From Candidatus Latescibacterota bacterium (lineage in GTDB: Bacteria; Latescibacterota; UBA2968), in contig OZ244960.1 in NCBI GenBank assembly GCA_965222605.1, positions 4,544,001-4,608,000 of the forward strand: a DNA stretch of 64,000 nt, read 5' to 3'. The notes below the pieces were generated by a model. That model ran no database searches. It was not told the DNA's origin and saw only the letters and a program-made list of their open reading frames with translations. A program made the position numbers and the translations under genes. Each line of letters starts with the position of its first letter. Position 1 is the stretch's first letter. Of the stretch, positions 1-9,769 are shown piece by piece.

Positions 1-269
1 TAGACGGGATAGTTTTGGGCGATTTTTTTCACAAATGCGGCATCGCTTTCGGCATTGGGACGCAGTTGATGATTGAGATGCGCGATATAAAGTGTGAGGT
101 GCCATTTTGATCTGAGGCGGTGGAGCAGATCGAATAAGGTGACGGAGTCGGGACCGCCAGACAGGGCTACGACCACGCCATCACCCGATGTGAGGAGGCG
201 TTCTCGTTGGATATAGGCTTCAACGCGATGTAGAAGATCCATTTCTTGAACGGACATGCCGAGTTCCAT
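1..269 (-). CDS. tilS: tRNA(Ile)-lysidine synthetase, N-terminal part (runs off window start)
   Basis: Manual translation MELGMSVQEMDLLHRVEAYIQRERLLTSGDGVVVALSGGPDSVTL...IAHLNHQLR has the PP-loop SGGxDS and HxNHxLR motifs of TilS. Alternative start at 242. Confidence 0.9.
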   Translation of the reverse strand, partial: MELGMSVQEMDLLHRVEAYIQRERLLTSGDGVVVALSGGPDSVTLFDLLHRLRSKWHLTLYIAHLNHQLRPNAESDAAFVKKIAQNYPV

Positions 270-334
270 ATTGCAAGTGTTTGGACGCCTGAATCGCGTC
301 TGAAGTTTCTCGTATCACCTATGGGAAATAAAAT

Positions 335-360
335 AAACGGCTGTGGATTTACAGCCGTTT
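335..360 (-). terminator. Probable intrinsic terminator after the OMP gene
   Basis: AAACGGCTGT-N6-ACAGCCGTTT inverted repeat with an A/T-rich flank just past the stop at 374. Confidence 0.6.
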
Positions 361-373
361 TATATGCTTGTGA

Positions 374-1909
374 CTAAAAGTAGGTATTGAGGCGCATTTC
401 CACACCTTTGAAGGGGAGTACTAGATAGCAAGTCCCCGATGTACAGGCGGTGCCTCCGCGCCGCTCACCCACAAAGAGGACGGCGTCGTAATGCGTGCCA
501 AACCGCGCATTGAGGTTGAGAGATACGAAGGTGCGACTGCCGGTTTCGATGTCGAAAGTTTCTGGACGGTCAACTTCAAAAGGGTCGGTTGTGTGATCAA
601 AGACAAGGGCTGCGCCAAAACCGCGCGCGTGTTGTGCAGAGAGCGCGCCATAAGTATTGGAGAAATGCGGTTCATCTTCAAAATGGACAGCGCGTTGATA
701 TTGAAGATCGAGGCCGAGGGTATGACCTCGGTCGGTTGTGGTTTCAAAAATCGCGCCACCTGTGCGGTGGCTGTCGATGCTTTCGAGGTCGTCTTTGCCC
801 CAGTTAAAAAAGAAGGTGGCGGTCAGATTGTCAAATTTGTACAGATCAAAAGAGAAATGTCTTTCTTTGAAAAAGGTCTGTATAGTCTCGGACAAATCAT
901 TGCGTGCGTGACTGATATTGACCGTGAAATTGCCCAGGTCCAGTTGCGTATAAGTGCCTTCGATCTGATAGCCTATTTCGCTGGTGAGCAGGAGTACATG
1001 TGTGGTCCGGTTGAGCAAAGAGGCCGTGTGTTCGCGGACGAGCGATGGGGGGTCATTAAAGTGGAGGTGCATGTTGTCGTAATTTTTATATTCAACACTC
1101 AATCCCAGATGGTTTCCGCCCACATTGCCCGATAAGTAGAGGGCAGTTCCTTTTTCGTCGTCTTCGCGCCGTGCATATTCGCCTTCGCGCTGTGCGTATT
1201 CGCCGTAGAAGCTTCCGTATAGGCCGGCCTTTTGCAGAATGTTAGAAAGGTCGAGGTCGGCAAAACCAGACCAGGCCCAATTTTTGTCGATGAGGGAATC
1301 TCTGGGGGTGATGTAAACGCTCGTGCTGCCAATTTTGAGGTTGGAATTGAGTCTGATGGCGAGTTCGCCGCCCGTGACCCAATCTCCGCGACGGGAAATG
1401 CTCCGAGGCGGGATGCCTGTTTTGGCACCTGGGGGAATATCGCTGAGTGCTGATTGACCGATGAGGGCTTTGGCCTCTACGCGATTGCCAGTCCATGAGG
1501 CTGTCGCGCCTTCGAGGTCCTGAGCCGGGGCATAGCGCAGGCGATAAATGGGGCTTTCGAGCACGACGCCGGGCAGTTCAAATGCGCGAAGTGTGAGGCC
1601 CCGTCCGAGAATTGCGTAGTAATTGCCGATTTCCACATTTGCAGCACCATAGTTCCACCGCGCGTATTTTTGCGTGATTTGATACGTTTTGCGATCTGCG
1701 CCCCAGGTGTTGTAAATTTCTGCTCTTAAACCGGCCTGCAAGCCCTTTTGCGTAAAGTCGAGATTCACTTGATTGTAGGCTGTGGAGATGGCTGTGGAGT
1801 CAGATCCCGGCACTTCGCCGCGCTGCATTTCCGTCAATCCCGTGATGGTGATTTGTGCAGAAATAGGGGCTGTGAAGAGCAGGATAAGGAGCAGGCTACT
1901 TGCTTTCAT
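374..1909 (-). CDS. Outer-membrane beta-barrel protein, DUF6029-like
   Basis: Signal peptide; GNYYAILGRGLTLR segment; C-terminal GERRGGTACTSGTCY...F with terminal Phe; coupled to a TlpA gene. Confidence 0.65.
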   Translation of the reverse strand: MKASSLLLILLFTAPISAQITITGLTEMQRGEVPGSDSTAISTAYNQVNLDFTQKGLQAGLRAEIYNTWGADRKTYQITQKYARWNYGAANVEIGNYYAILGRGLTLRAFELPGVVLESPIYRLRYAPAQDLEGATASWTGNRVEAKALIGQSALSDIPPGAKTGIPPRSISRRGDWVTGGELAIRLNSNLKIGSTSVYITPRDSLIDKNWAWSGFADLDLSNILQKAGLYGSFYGEYAQREGEYARREDDEKGTALYLSGNVGGNHLGLSVEYKNYDNMHLHFNDPPSLVREHTASLLNRTTHVLLLTSEIGYQIEGTYTQLDLGNFTVNISHARNDLSETIQTFFKERHFSFDLYKFDNLTATFFFNWGKDDLESIDSHRTGGAIFETTTDRGHTLGLDLQYQRAVHFEDEPHFSNTYGALSAQHARGFGAALVFDHTTDPFEVDRPETFDIETGSRTFVSLNLNARFGTHYDAVLFVGERRGGTACTSGTCYLVLPFKGVEMRLNTYF

Positions 1910-2450
1910 CTGGGGTTTCCTTTTTTTCTGGGTTTTTCTTTTCCTCTGATGCTTCCATTTCCTCTGATGCTTCTTTTTCGGGCAATAGGACCTCTAAAGC
2001 GTCGATGATGGCCTTTCCATCGGATAAACCGGCCTCCCGCAATACAATTTCGCGGTCTGGAGCAATGAGAATTGTGGTGGGCAGGGCGCGAACTAGCATG
2101 CGTTTCATAACCGATCCATCGGCGTCAAGGGCGATTGGGAATGTGATGTTGCGGCCTCGCAAAAATGGGCGAATGCGATTTTGACCACGGGGTCCATCTT
2201 CGTTCACGCCGAGAACGGTGAGTCCTCTGTCGGCGTATTTGGCGTGGATTTCTTCGAGCTTGGGCATTGCTTTGATGCAGGGTTTGCACCATGTGGCCCA
2301 GAAGTCGAGTAAAACAGGGCCTTTTTCGAGGAGCGCAGTTAGTTGTATTCGCTCGCCACTGAGGGCTGGCAGGTTGAATTCAGGTGCTTCGGTTGCGCGG
2401 GCAGATGATGCGATTAGAAGGCAGAGCCATAGTGCGAGAAATTTTTTCAT
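1896..2450 (-). CDS. TlpA/ResA-family thiol-disulfide oxidoreductase
   Basis: Signal peptide, LLDFWATWCKPC (WCxxC) and cis-Pro ALPTT motif. Confidence 0.9.
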   Translation of the reverse strand: MKKFLALWLCLLIASSARATEAPEFNLPALSGERIQLTALLEKGPVLLDFWATWCKPCIKAMPKLEEIHAKYADRGLTVLGVNEDGPRGQNRIRPFLRGRNITFPIALDADGSVMKRMLVRALPTTILIAPDREIVLREAGLSDGKAIIDALEVLLPEKEASEEMEASEEKKNPEKKETPDESK

Positions 2451-2484
2451 GAGATACCTCTTGGGGATTAAAATTTAAGAATTA

Positions 2485-2510
2485 GTAGGGGCGGTGCCCT
2501 GTGCCCGCCC
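2485..2510 (+). repeat. REP-like GTAG-GGGCG...CGCCC palindrome
   Basis: GTAGGGGCGGTGCCCTGTGCCCGCCC; near-identical copy at 21420-21446. Confidence 0.6.
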
Positions 2511-2775
2511 GTTATTATAGGGATGGGATCGTCTGTCCCTTTAGAAATATGCCGAATTTTGCGTTTGAAGTGAAGAATTATTTTGAGATGTTGGTACAAA
2601 CAGACAGCACCTATCCTTCTGAACCCATTATAGGCGTGCAAAATGAGAGATTTTCAAGAAACAAATCTGTGTGCGAAAATAGAGACGGTAAAAAAACAAT
2701 GGTGTAAAGGCTGACAGTAGAGTTATTTTATTTTGCACATCAGATCAGAGAATACCGCAAAATCTTGGGGGAAAA

Positions 2776-4014
2776 ATGAATATTCGCTCACTCCATGTAC
2801 AAATCCTCATTGCGTTGCTCCTCGGCGCAATGAGTGGCATGCTGTTAGGGGAATCCGTTCTCCACTTCGCCTTTTTGGGAACCCTTTTTCTCAAGGGCCT
2901 TAAAATGATCATCGTCCCTTTGGTCGTCACCTCTATTGTTTCCGGGGTGGTCGGCATAGGCCAGGTCGGTCATTTTGGACGCCTGAGTGCTCAGACCTTT
3001 ACCTACTACCTGAGCACCAGCCTGTTGTCTATTGTCACCGGCCTGGTGTTGGTCAATGCCATAAGTCCAGGCAAGGGGGCACAGTTGCGTCTGCAAGCTC
3101 CTCCTGAACAACTGGTCGATTCCATAGCTCAATTCGGCGACGGTCCCAAAGCCGCCCTTGAGCGGCTGCTGTTGGATCTGGTGCCGGATAATGTATTCAA
3201 GGCTATGGCTGAAGGACAGATCTTGCCCGTGATCGTTTTTTGCTTTTTCCTCGGATTTGCCATCATCCGCTTGCCCGATCCGCACCAGAAGCGCCTGCGT
3301 AGTTTTTTTCAATCGGCCTTCGAAGCCATGATGCAAATAACCCATTTTATTATTCGTCTGGCACCCATCGGCATTTTTGCCCTGGTCGCCAAAGTCGTTG
3401 GCACCACCGGCCTGTCGATTTTCGTCGATTTGGGTCTGTACGCCCTCACTGTCTTAGCAGGTTTGATTGTTCACGCGGCGATTACCCTGCCGCTGGTGCT
3501 CTATTTTTTGGGTGGCATATCGCCCCTGGCTCTCTTTCGTGCCCTGACGCCGGCTCTCCTCACCGCTTTTTCTACCAGTTCCTCTTCGGCGACCTTGCCC
3601 ATTACCATTGAATCGCTGGAACAACGCGCTGGCGTTTCCAACCGCACCACCAGTTTTGTCGCGCCGCTGGGTGCTACCATCAATATGGACGGTACAGCCC
3701 TGTTCGAATGTGTCGCCGCCTTATTTATTGCGCAAGCCTATGGGGTTGATCTGGGCTTTACCCAGCAATTCCTGGTCGTTCTTACCGCTTTGTTGGCCTC
3801 TATTGGTGCGGCTGGCATTCCTATGACGGGCCTGGTGATGCTTTCTATTGTCCTATCCTCTGTGGGTCTGCCTCTGGAGGGGATCGGCCTGATCCTGGCT
3901 GTAGATCGCATTTTGGACATGTTTCGCACCACCGTCAATGTCTGGAGCGATTCGTGTGGCACTGCTCTGATAGCCCGCTACCAGGGCGAAAAATTAGACA
4001 TCACTGAACGCTGA
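2776..4014 (+). CDS. Dicarboxylate/amino acid:cation symporter (DAACS, GltP-like)
   Basis: AFSTSSSSATLP, PLGATINMDGTA and AVDRILDMFRTTVNVWSD motifs; multiple TM helices. Confidence 0.95.
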   Translation: MNIRSLHVQILIALLLGAMSGMLLGESVLHFAFLGTLFLKGLKMIIVPLVVTSIVSGVVGIGQVGHFGRLSAQTFTYYLSTSLLSIVTGLVLVNAISPGKGAQLRLQAPPEQLVDSIAQFGDGPKAALERLLLDLVPDNVFKAMAEGQILPVIVFCFFLGFAIIRLPDPHQKRLRSFFQSAFEAMMQITHFIIRLAPIGIFALVAKVVGTTGLSIFVDLGLYALTVLAGLIVHAAITLPLVLYFLGGISPLALFRALTPALLTAFSTSSSSATLPITIESLEQRAGVSNRTTSFVAPLGATINMDGTALFECVAALFIAQAYGVDLGFTQQFLVVLTALLASIGAAGIPMTGLVMLSIVLSSVGLPLEGIGLILAVDRILDMFRTTVNVWSDSCGTALIARYQGEKLDITER

Positions 4015-4037
4015 CATTTACTTATTGGAGGTTAGTT

Positions 4038-5087
4038 ATGGTTTCGATAGGTATTATTGGATTGGGATTTATGGGTATGACGCATTACCGGGGGATTCAA
4101 AGGGTGCGCGGGGGTAAGGTGGCTGCGATATGCACGCGCAGTCCCAAAAAGCGGGCGGGAGATTGGCGGGGGTTGGGCGGCAATTTTGGAGAGCCGGGAG
4201 GGGTGGAAGACCTGTCGGGTATTCGCACGTATGAGAAGATTGATGAGTTGCTATCAGATGTTTCAATTGATCTGGTCGATATCTGTTTGCCGACGTCGCA
4301 ACACTGTGATGTTGCAATCGCTGCGATGCGCGCGGGCAAGCATGTGCTGGTCGAAAAGCCCATTGCGCTGAGTCTCGAGGACGCCGACCGCATGGTGCGG
4401 GTTTCCGAACAGACGGGAAGGTTGATGATGGTGGCACAGGTTTTGCCCTTTTTTCCCGAGTTTGCCTATCTCAAGCAGGTGGTCGATGGCGGGGAATATG
4501 GCAATGTGCTCGGCGCGCATTTTAAGCGCGTTATTTCGCAGCCGAATTGGACATCGGCTTTTGCCAATATGGAAAAGAGTGGAGGACCGGGCGTCGATTT
4601 GCATATTCACGATACGCACTATATCCTGGTGGTGTTCGGTCGGCCAGATCGGGTGGTGTCTTCGGGCAGGCTGGTGCAAGATCGGTATGTGGAGTATATT
4701 TCGACGAGTTATCAATATGACAGCCAGCCGGATTTGTGCGTGACGTGTGCTTCGGGTGCTATTTCTCAGCAGGGTAGGGCGTTTACGCATGGGTTTGAGG
4801 TCTATTTGGAGCGCGCTACGGTGCTTTACGAATTTTCGACTCTGGGCGGCAAGCCGGTCGTGACGATGCCCGTGACCTTGCTGACGGATGACGGTGAGGT
4901 GCGAGAACCGAGTCTGGGCGATGCCGATCCCGTTGTGGCATTTGCCAACGAGATTCAAGTCGCAGTAGATGCTGTGGAAAGCGGCGAGGTCGCCAGAGAA
5001 ATTTCTGGTGAGAGTGCTGCTGACGCGCTGCGTCTGTGTTTTAAGGAGGTCGAGTCGGTAAAACGCAGGCAGGCGGTGGCGGTGTGA
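4038..5087 (+). CDS. Gfo/Idh/MocA family oxidoreductase
   Basis: GIIGLGFMG Rossmann motif, GKHVLVEKP, DLHIHD. Confidence 0.9.
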   Translation: MVSIGIIGLGFMGMTHYRGIQRVRGGKVAAICTRSPKKRAGDWRGLGGNFGEPGGVEDLSGIRTYEKIDELLSDVSIDLVDICLPTSQHCDVAIAAMRAGKHVLVEKPIALSLEDADRMVRVSEQTGRLMMVAQVLPFFPEFAYLKQVVDGGEYGNVLGAHFKRVISQPNWTSAFANMEKSGGPGVDLHIHDTHYILVVFGRPDRVVSSGRLVQDRYVEYISTSYQYDSQPDLCVTCASGAISQQGRAFTHGFEVYLERATVLYEFSTLGGKPVVTMPVTLLTDDGEVREPSLGDADPVVAFANEIQVAVDAVESGEVAREISGESAADALRLCFKEVESVKRRQAVAV

Positions 5088-5123
5088 AGAGAGGCGCGCG
5101 CAACATGGGCTACGCAAAAAAAT

Positions 5124-5150
5124 AGGGCGAACACACAGGTCCGCCCTTAC
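5124..5150 (-). repeat. REP-like palindrome between convergent genes
   Basis: Minus strand reads GTAAGGGCGGACCTGTGTGTTCGCCCT, the same GTAR-GGGCG...CGCCC design as 2485 and 21420. Confidence 0.45.
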
Positions 5151-5172
5151 GACTGAATACGGATTTTTGCTT

Positions 5173-6618
5173 TCAACGCATTCTCACTTCTGCAACAGGT
5201 GTTCCCGCTGCCCCATCGAGCATGAGACTGCTCGCTCTGGCCAGGGTGGCGGATATGTTTTCGAGGCTTTGTCCGTCGAAGGATTGACCGCCAATAATTT
5301 TGGGACTGACAATGAGTGCCTGGCTGGCAGGTTGATCGAATAGCGCGAATGTCACGCTGCTGCCATAGCGCGCCATAGTGCTCATTGTGTCGTGAAATTG
5401 GGAGATGGTCTGGGTAGAGACATCACTGGCTTTCATTTCGATGAAGATAATATCGGGAAGTGCGGCATCCATGGCTTTTTGTGCGACCTGGGTGATGAAT
5501 GCGGTGCCGAGTTTGCGGCTGTCTTCGCTGTCCATCAGTACGCCGGATACCAGCCGACCAAATGCCTCATCTTTGATGATTTTTTTGAGTCTGAGTGCTT
5601 CCGGGGTCAGCTTGGGTTTGACCATGCGGTCTATGTATCGCTGCGATTTGCCCTGTTTTATGGCTGTGCCGAGTTGTTCTTCTATGGTGCCTGCGATTTT
5701 TTCGAGGCTGGGTGCGTTGACGGCATAAGGGCTGTATCTGGCACCATAGCCCTTGGTTTTGCTAACTATGGGGGGGGTTTCTTTTTCCCCAGACTGATAG
5801 AAAGCGAGTGTGCGCGTATGGGTTTTGTCCTCGGTGGCTTTGTTGTGGTGTTCAAATAGGGAAGGGACTTTGAGATTTTTGCCTTTGATTGCATTGGGTG
5901 AAGCCGTTTGAACCGTGGTCATCCATTCGCGCGAATTTTTGCCGTAGTCAATATTGTTAAATAATGCCCCTCTGTACGTCAGGTAGGCGGGGATATTCGA
6001 TCCCGATTCCGATCCGGTGATCGCAACGATGACCACGCCTTTGGGCAAGCCCTGGTCTGATAGGACAAAAGATTGGAAGGCGCGCTCGATCATGGCGTAT
6101 TGAGCAGGTGTAAAATCGGTGATATTCAGACTGGGACCTCCGCGTCCACGTCCGCGTCCACCTCTGCTACCGCGTGCCCCTTGCCCTCGCCGGCCCCCCT
6201 GTCTGCCGCCCTGAAGTGCCTGAAATTCGCGCAAGATATTGCCGAATACTGTGTTAAATTCCTGACGATCGGTGTTGAGGATTTTGCGAAAAAAGAGTTC
6301 GAGTTGTTGATGGCGAACGGGAAACAGATCGTCCCATTTTTTTGCCTGATCGAGTATGTACATCTGTATGGGTGCTGGCATCTGGCTGAGAATTTGCGCA
6401 TTGGCTTCGAGGAGCTTTTGGGCACCCCAGGGGAAATCGTTGAATTGTCCGCGTTGCTGGGGACGCAAATCTCCGCGTCCACCGCCTCCGCGTCCACCGC
6501 CTCCGCGTCCACCACCACCGCGACCACCGCCACCGCGCTGTGCGTAAATATCTGACAGGTCTAAGGCACATAATGCCGTGCCCACAAGTAAGATCGATAG
6601 CCATCTTGAAAATCGCAT
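5173..6618 (-). CDS. Exported hypothetical protein with (RGGGG)n low-complexity segments
   Basis: Likely start MRFSRW (6618) after GGAGG; signal peptide followed by RGGGG repeats. Confidence 0.7.
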   Translation of the reverse strand: MRFSRWLSILLVGTALCALDLSDIYAQRGGGGRGGGGRGGGGRGGGGRGDLRPQQRGQFNDFPWGAQKLLEANAQILSQMPAPIQMYILDQAKKWDDLFPVRHQQLELFFRKILNTDRQEFNTVFGNILREFQALQGGRQGGRRGQGARGSRGGRGRGRGGPSLNITDFTPAQYAMIERAFQSFVLSDQGLPKGVVIVAITGSESGSNIPAYLTYRGALFNNIDYGKNSREWMTTVQTASPNAIKGKNLKVPSLFEHHNKATEDKTHTRTLAFYQSGEKETPPIVSKTKGYGARYSPYAVNAPSLEKIAGTIEEQLGTAIKQGKSQRYIDRMVKPKLTPEALRLKKIIKDEAFGRLVSGVLMDSEDSRKLGTAFITQVAQKAMDAALPDIIFIEMKASDVSTQTISQFHDTMSTMARYGSSVTFALFDQPASQALIVSPKIIGGQSFDGQSLENISATLARASSLMLDGAAGTPVAEVRMR

Positions 6619-6662
6619 GTTTGCCTCCCGGGTGAAGAGATGACGCGCTTTCATACATCGTT

Positions 6663-7436
6663 TCAAAGATTTTTGTCGAGCCAGTCCAGGACGGTTGTCC
6701 ACGCGTTGCCCTGGGCGAGCAAATCGAGTCCACGTCCAGTCCCCTGGTAGCCGATTACGGCAGTAACCCCCCGGGTCAATTCAGACATGGTTCGGGATGA
6801 GGTGTAGGCATATCCATCGCCGAAAGCAGCGAGAAAGAGAATGTTGCGCGGTGCAAAACCGGGGATATTGGTGCCAATGAGAATTTCCTGAGCCTGGTTT
6901 TCGCGAAAGTTGGGTGAAATAGATACGGTTGCTTTGATGTCGGGGAATAGCCCCGCGCTCACAAAGGCGATGTTGGCGCCGATGTCTGTACCGATGACAC
7001 CGATGCGGTTGGGGTCGGCTTCTGCACGGGTTTTGAGAAATGCAATTGCAGCGACGACATCGAGAGGCATCTGGTTGAAGTCGTCAAAGGAGAAGTCCTG
7101 GAGTGTGAACGGTTGCCCATTGCGAAAAATACTGTTACCATGTCCGCGCAAGTCAAAGGCGAGTGCTACATAGCCCCGCTCGGCAACGAGTTCGGGTACA
7201 AAACCCGCCCATTGAACGTGGTTTTCGTTAAACGGGTGGAGCAGGATGACTGCAGGGCGAGGTGTGGGGTGGTTGGGAGAAGAAAAGAGCGTGCCAAATA
7301 ACAGAAATCCGTCTGGCGTTTGAAATTGCACGGGTTCCAGACGCGCGTGTTGGGCGGTGAGTTCGGGTTCGGTAGGCGTCGGCGCAGTGGTGTCGCATCC
7401 GATTAAAAATAGCGCGATCCATAAGTATTGGCGCAT
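6663..7436 (-). CDS. Alpha/beta-hydrolase-fold lipoprotein with atypical active site
   Basis: Lipobox LIGC; AFDLRGHGNS; nucleophile elbow reads GTDIG instead of GxSxG. Confidence 0.8.
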   Translation of the reverse strand: MRQYLWIALFLIGCDTTAPTPTEPELTAQHARLEPVQFQTPDGFLLFGTLFSSPNHPTPRPAVILLHPFNENHVQWAGFVPELVAERGYVALAFDLRGHGNSIFRNGQPFTLQDFSFDDFNQMPLDVVAAIAFLKTRAEADPNRIGVIGTDIGANIAFVSAGLFPDIKATVSISPNFRENQAQEILIGTNIPGFAPRNILFLAAFGDGYAYTSSRTMSELTRGVTAVIGYQGTGRGLDLLAQGNAWTTVLDWLDKNL

Positions 7437-7566
7437 GATGTTATCCTTTGATTAGTTTTGTTTTTGACTATTGCAGATAAATGTTTGTTCCTCAGAATAG
7501 TGGGAACATAAGGCAATTAAACTATAATAGCAAGCGGGCAAGCACACCCTATTTTAAGGAGGAGAG

Positions 7567-7737
7567 ATGCCAGAACTCACGCGCTATGATTTGATTTTGA
7601 TGGCGATTACCGGCGGGCTTTTTGTGGTGGGATTGTGGTGTACGATTTTTGCCTTTCTCTATGGATTTTTGAAGCGGTTAGATCAGATTATTTTGCTGTT
7701 GCAGCAGGCAAATCGAGATGCCGATGCGGATTCTTAA
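7567..7737 (+). CDS. Small (56 aa) single-TM membrane protein, not in the ORF track
   Basis: Strong RBS AAGGAGGAG; MPELTRYDLILMAITGGLFVVGLWCTIFAFLYGFLKRLDQIILLLQQANRDADADS*. Confidence 0.65.
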   Translation: MPELTRYDLILMAITGGLFVVGLWCTIFAFLYGFLKRLDQIILLLQQANRDADADS

Positions 7738-7826
7738 GAGCGGTTGCTAATTTTACCGTGGGCATTTATATTGGGCAAAATGGTTTCTGTAACTTTCTAA
7801 AAAAATAAATTAGGAAAGGACACTGA

Positions 7827-9224
7827 ATGAGTAAACCGAATATTTTGATGATTATGACCGATCAGCAGCGGTGGGATGCCCTGAGTTGTGTGAGTGATTG
7901 GCTGGAGACACCCAATATGGATCGCATTGCGGCAGAGGGCGTGCAGTTTTCAAATTGCGTGAGCAATTCGCCGGTGTGTATCCCAACGCGGTTAAGTCTG
8001 GCAACCGGGCATTATCCGCACAATACGGGGGTGTGGGACAATCAAGGCCATACGTTATCGCCAGATTGCCCAACGTGGATGAAGGCGGTGCGCGATGCGG
8101 GGTATCGCACGAGCCTGTTTGGCAAGACGCATTTACACCCGCACGGGGGCGATTTGAGGGATCGCGAACATCTGATGCACGGTTATGGGCTTGATGATGT
8201 GGATGAAATCGGTGGACCGAGGGCGAGCGCGCGATGTTTGTCATATATGACGGCGATGTGGGAAGAGAAGGGTTTGTGGGATGCGTATCGGGCAGATTTC
8301 GAGGAGCGTTTTAGCAATAAGCCCTGGGTAACGCGGCCATCGACATTGCCTTTTGAAGAATATGCGGATGTGTATGTGGGGCAGCAAGCGAAGAAGTATC
8401 TGGCGGGATATGATCGCGATCAGCCCTGGTTCTGTTGGGTGAGTTTTGGCGGGCCGCACGAACCGTGGGATACGCCAGAACCCCATTACAGCCGGTATAA
8501 CCCGGAAGATATGCCCGATCCGGTTGCTCCAATAGACGATGATCGCGAGCGTCCACGGGGTTTGTTAGACGCCAAGCAAAAGATACCGTTTGAACCTGGG
8601 GAAGAGAAATTGTTGCGCGCAAATTACGCGGGCAATGTCACGTTGATTGACGATCAGATTGGCGAAATTTTCGATGTGATTGAAAAACGCGGCGAGATGG
8701 ATAATACGGTCGTGGTGCTGATGTCGGATCACGGAGAGATGAATGGCGATTACGGTTTTATTTATAAGAGCAATCTCTTGAATGGCGCGGTGCGGGTTCC
8801 CCTGCTGATTCGCACGCCCGAGACGGCGAGTAGTGATGTTGCCGGTTCTGTGTGCGACAGTCCGATTGAGTGGTTTGATGTGGGACCGACGCTGGTCGAG
8901 CTTGCAGGCGGGGAACTCGACTTCAGGCAGTTTGCCAAATCGGCCTGTCCCGTTCTGGAAGATCCGACGCGAGAACATCGCACAGAAGCGATATCGGAAT
9001 ACGGCGGAGAAATTATGTTGTTGAATCGCGAATGGAAAATCGTGTTGAATCGCGAAGGGCAGCCCTATTTGCTTTTCAATGTGCAAGAAGATCCCGATGA
9101 GGTGAATAATCTCGCGGGTTTGTCCGAGATGGCCGAGGTTGAGAATCAACTGCGCCTGCGGATTCTCGATCGCGTGGCTTCGTCACAGGTTTTGTCGGGG
9201 GCGCATTTTGCGTTGGGGACATGA
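7827..9224 (+). CDS. Sulfatase (FGly-dependent)
   Basis: PNILMIMTDQQR, CIPTR (CxPxR), GKTH, SDHGE. Confidence 0.93.
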   Translation: MSKPNILMIMTDQQRWDALSCVSDWLETPNMDRIAAEGVQFSNCVSNSPVCIPTRLSLATGHYPHNTGVWDNQGHTLSPDCPTWMKAVRDAGYRTSLFGKTHLHPHGGDLRDREHLMHGYGLDDVDEIGGPRASARCLSYMTAMWEEKGLWDAYRADFEERFSNKPWVTRPSTLPFEEYADVYVGQQAKKYLAGYDRDQPWFCWVSFGGPHEPWDTPEPHYSRYNPEDMPDPVAPIDDDRERPRGLLDAKQKIPFEPGEEKLLRANYAGNVTLIDDQIGEIFDVIEKRGEMDNTVVVLMSDHGEMNGDYGFIYKSNLLNGAVRVPLLIRTPETASSDVAGSVCDSPIEWFDVGPTLVELAGGELDFRQFAKSACPVLEDPTREHRTEAISEYGGEIMLLNREWKIVLNREGQPYLLFNVQEDPDEVNNLAGLSEMAEVENQLRLRILDRVASSQVLSGAHFALGT

Positions 9225-9275
9225 GATGGGCATGGTGTTTGAGGGCAAGTATTACGATGGTCAAGTGAGGGTTCT

Positions 9276-9518
9276 ATGCTAACTACATATATCCAATCCG
9301 CTATGAAACACGCGAAATACGAGATTCTCGATGATCAAACATTCTATGGAGAAATTGCAGGCTTTCAAGGTGTGTATGCCAATGCGGATACTTTAGAAAT
9401 GTGTCGCGAGGAATTGCAATCCGTGCTCGAAGGTTGGATCATTCTCGGCTTGAGGATGGGACATCCGCTTCCGGAGGTGGATGGGGTGCGTTTGGATGCT
9501 GTATTGGAGTCCGTGTGA
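9276..9518 (+). CDS. hicB: HicB-family antitoxin (short form)
   Basis: FYGEIAGFQGVYANADTLEMCREELQSVLEGWI...GHPLP; stop overlaps the hicA start (TGATG). Confidence 0.8.
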   Translation: MLTTYIQSAMKHAKYEILDDQTFYGEIAGFQGVYANADTLEMCREELQSVLEGWIILGLRMGHPLPEVDGVRLDAVLESV

Positions 9519-9736
9519 TGCCCAAATTTGGACCAATTAGTCGCCGCAATCTAATTCGCTATTTGAGGCAATTGGGATTTGAAGGTCCGTATCCTGGAGG
9601 CAAGCATCATTATATGATTCGAGAAACAACACGTCTTGCCATTCCCAATCCGCATCAAGGTGATATTGGGCGTGAGCTTTTGCACAGGATTTTACAGCAA
9701 GGGAATGTCAGCCGGGAAATTTGGGAGGATTTGTAG
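9518..9736 (+). CDS. hicA: HicA-family mRNA interferase toxin
   Basis: MPKFGPISRRNLIRYLRQLGFEGPYPGGKHHYM...IPNPHQGDIGRELLHRILQQ with the conserved GxH. Confidence 0.85.
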   Translation: MPKFGPISRRNLIRYLRQLGFEGPYPGGKHHYMIRETTRLAIPNPHQGDIGRELLHRILQQGNVSREIWEDL

Positions 9737-9769
9737 CATATCAGTCAAATTCTCGCTTGAGGAGAGATT

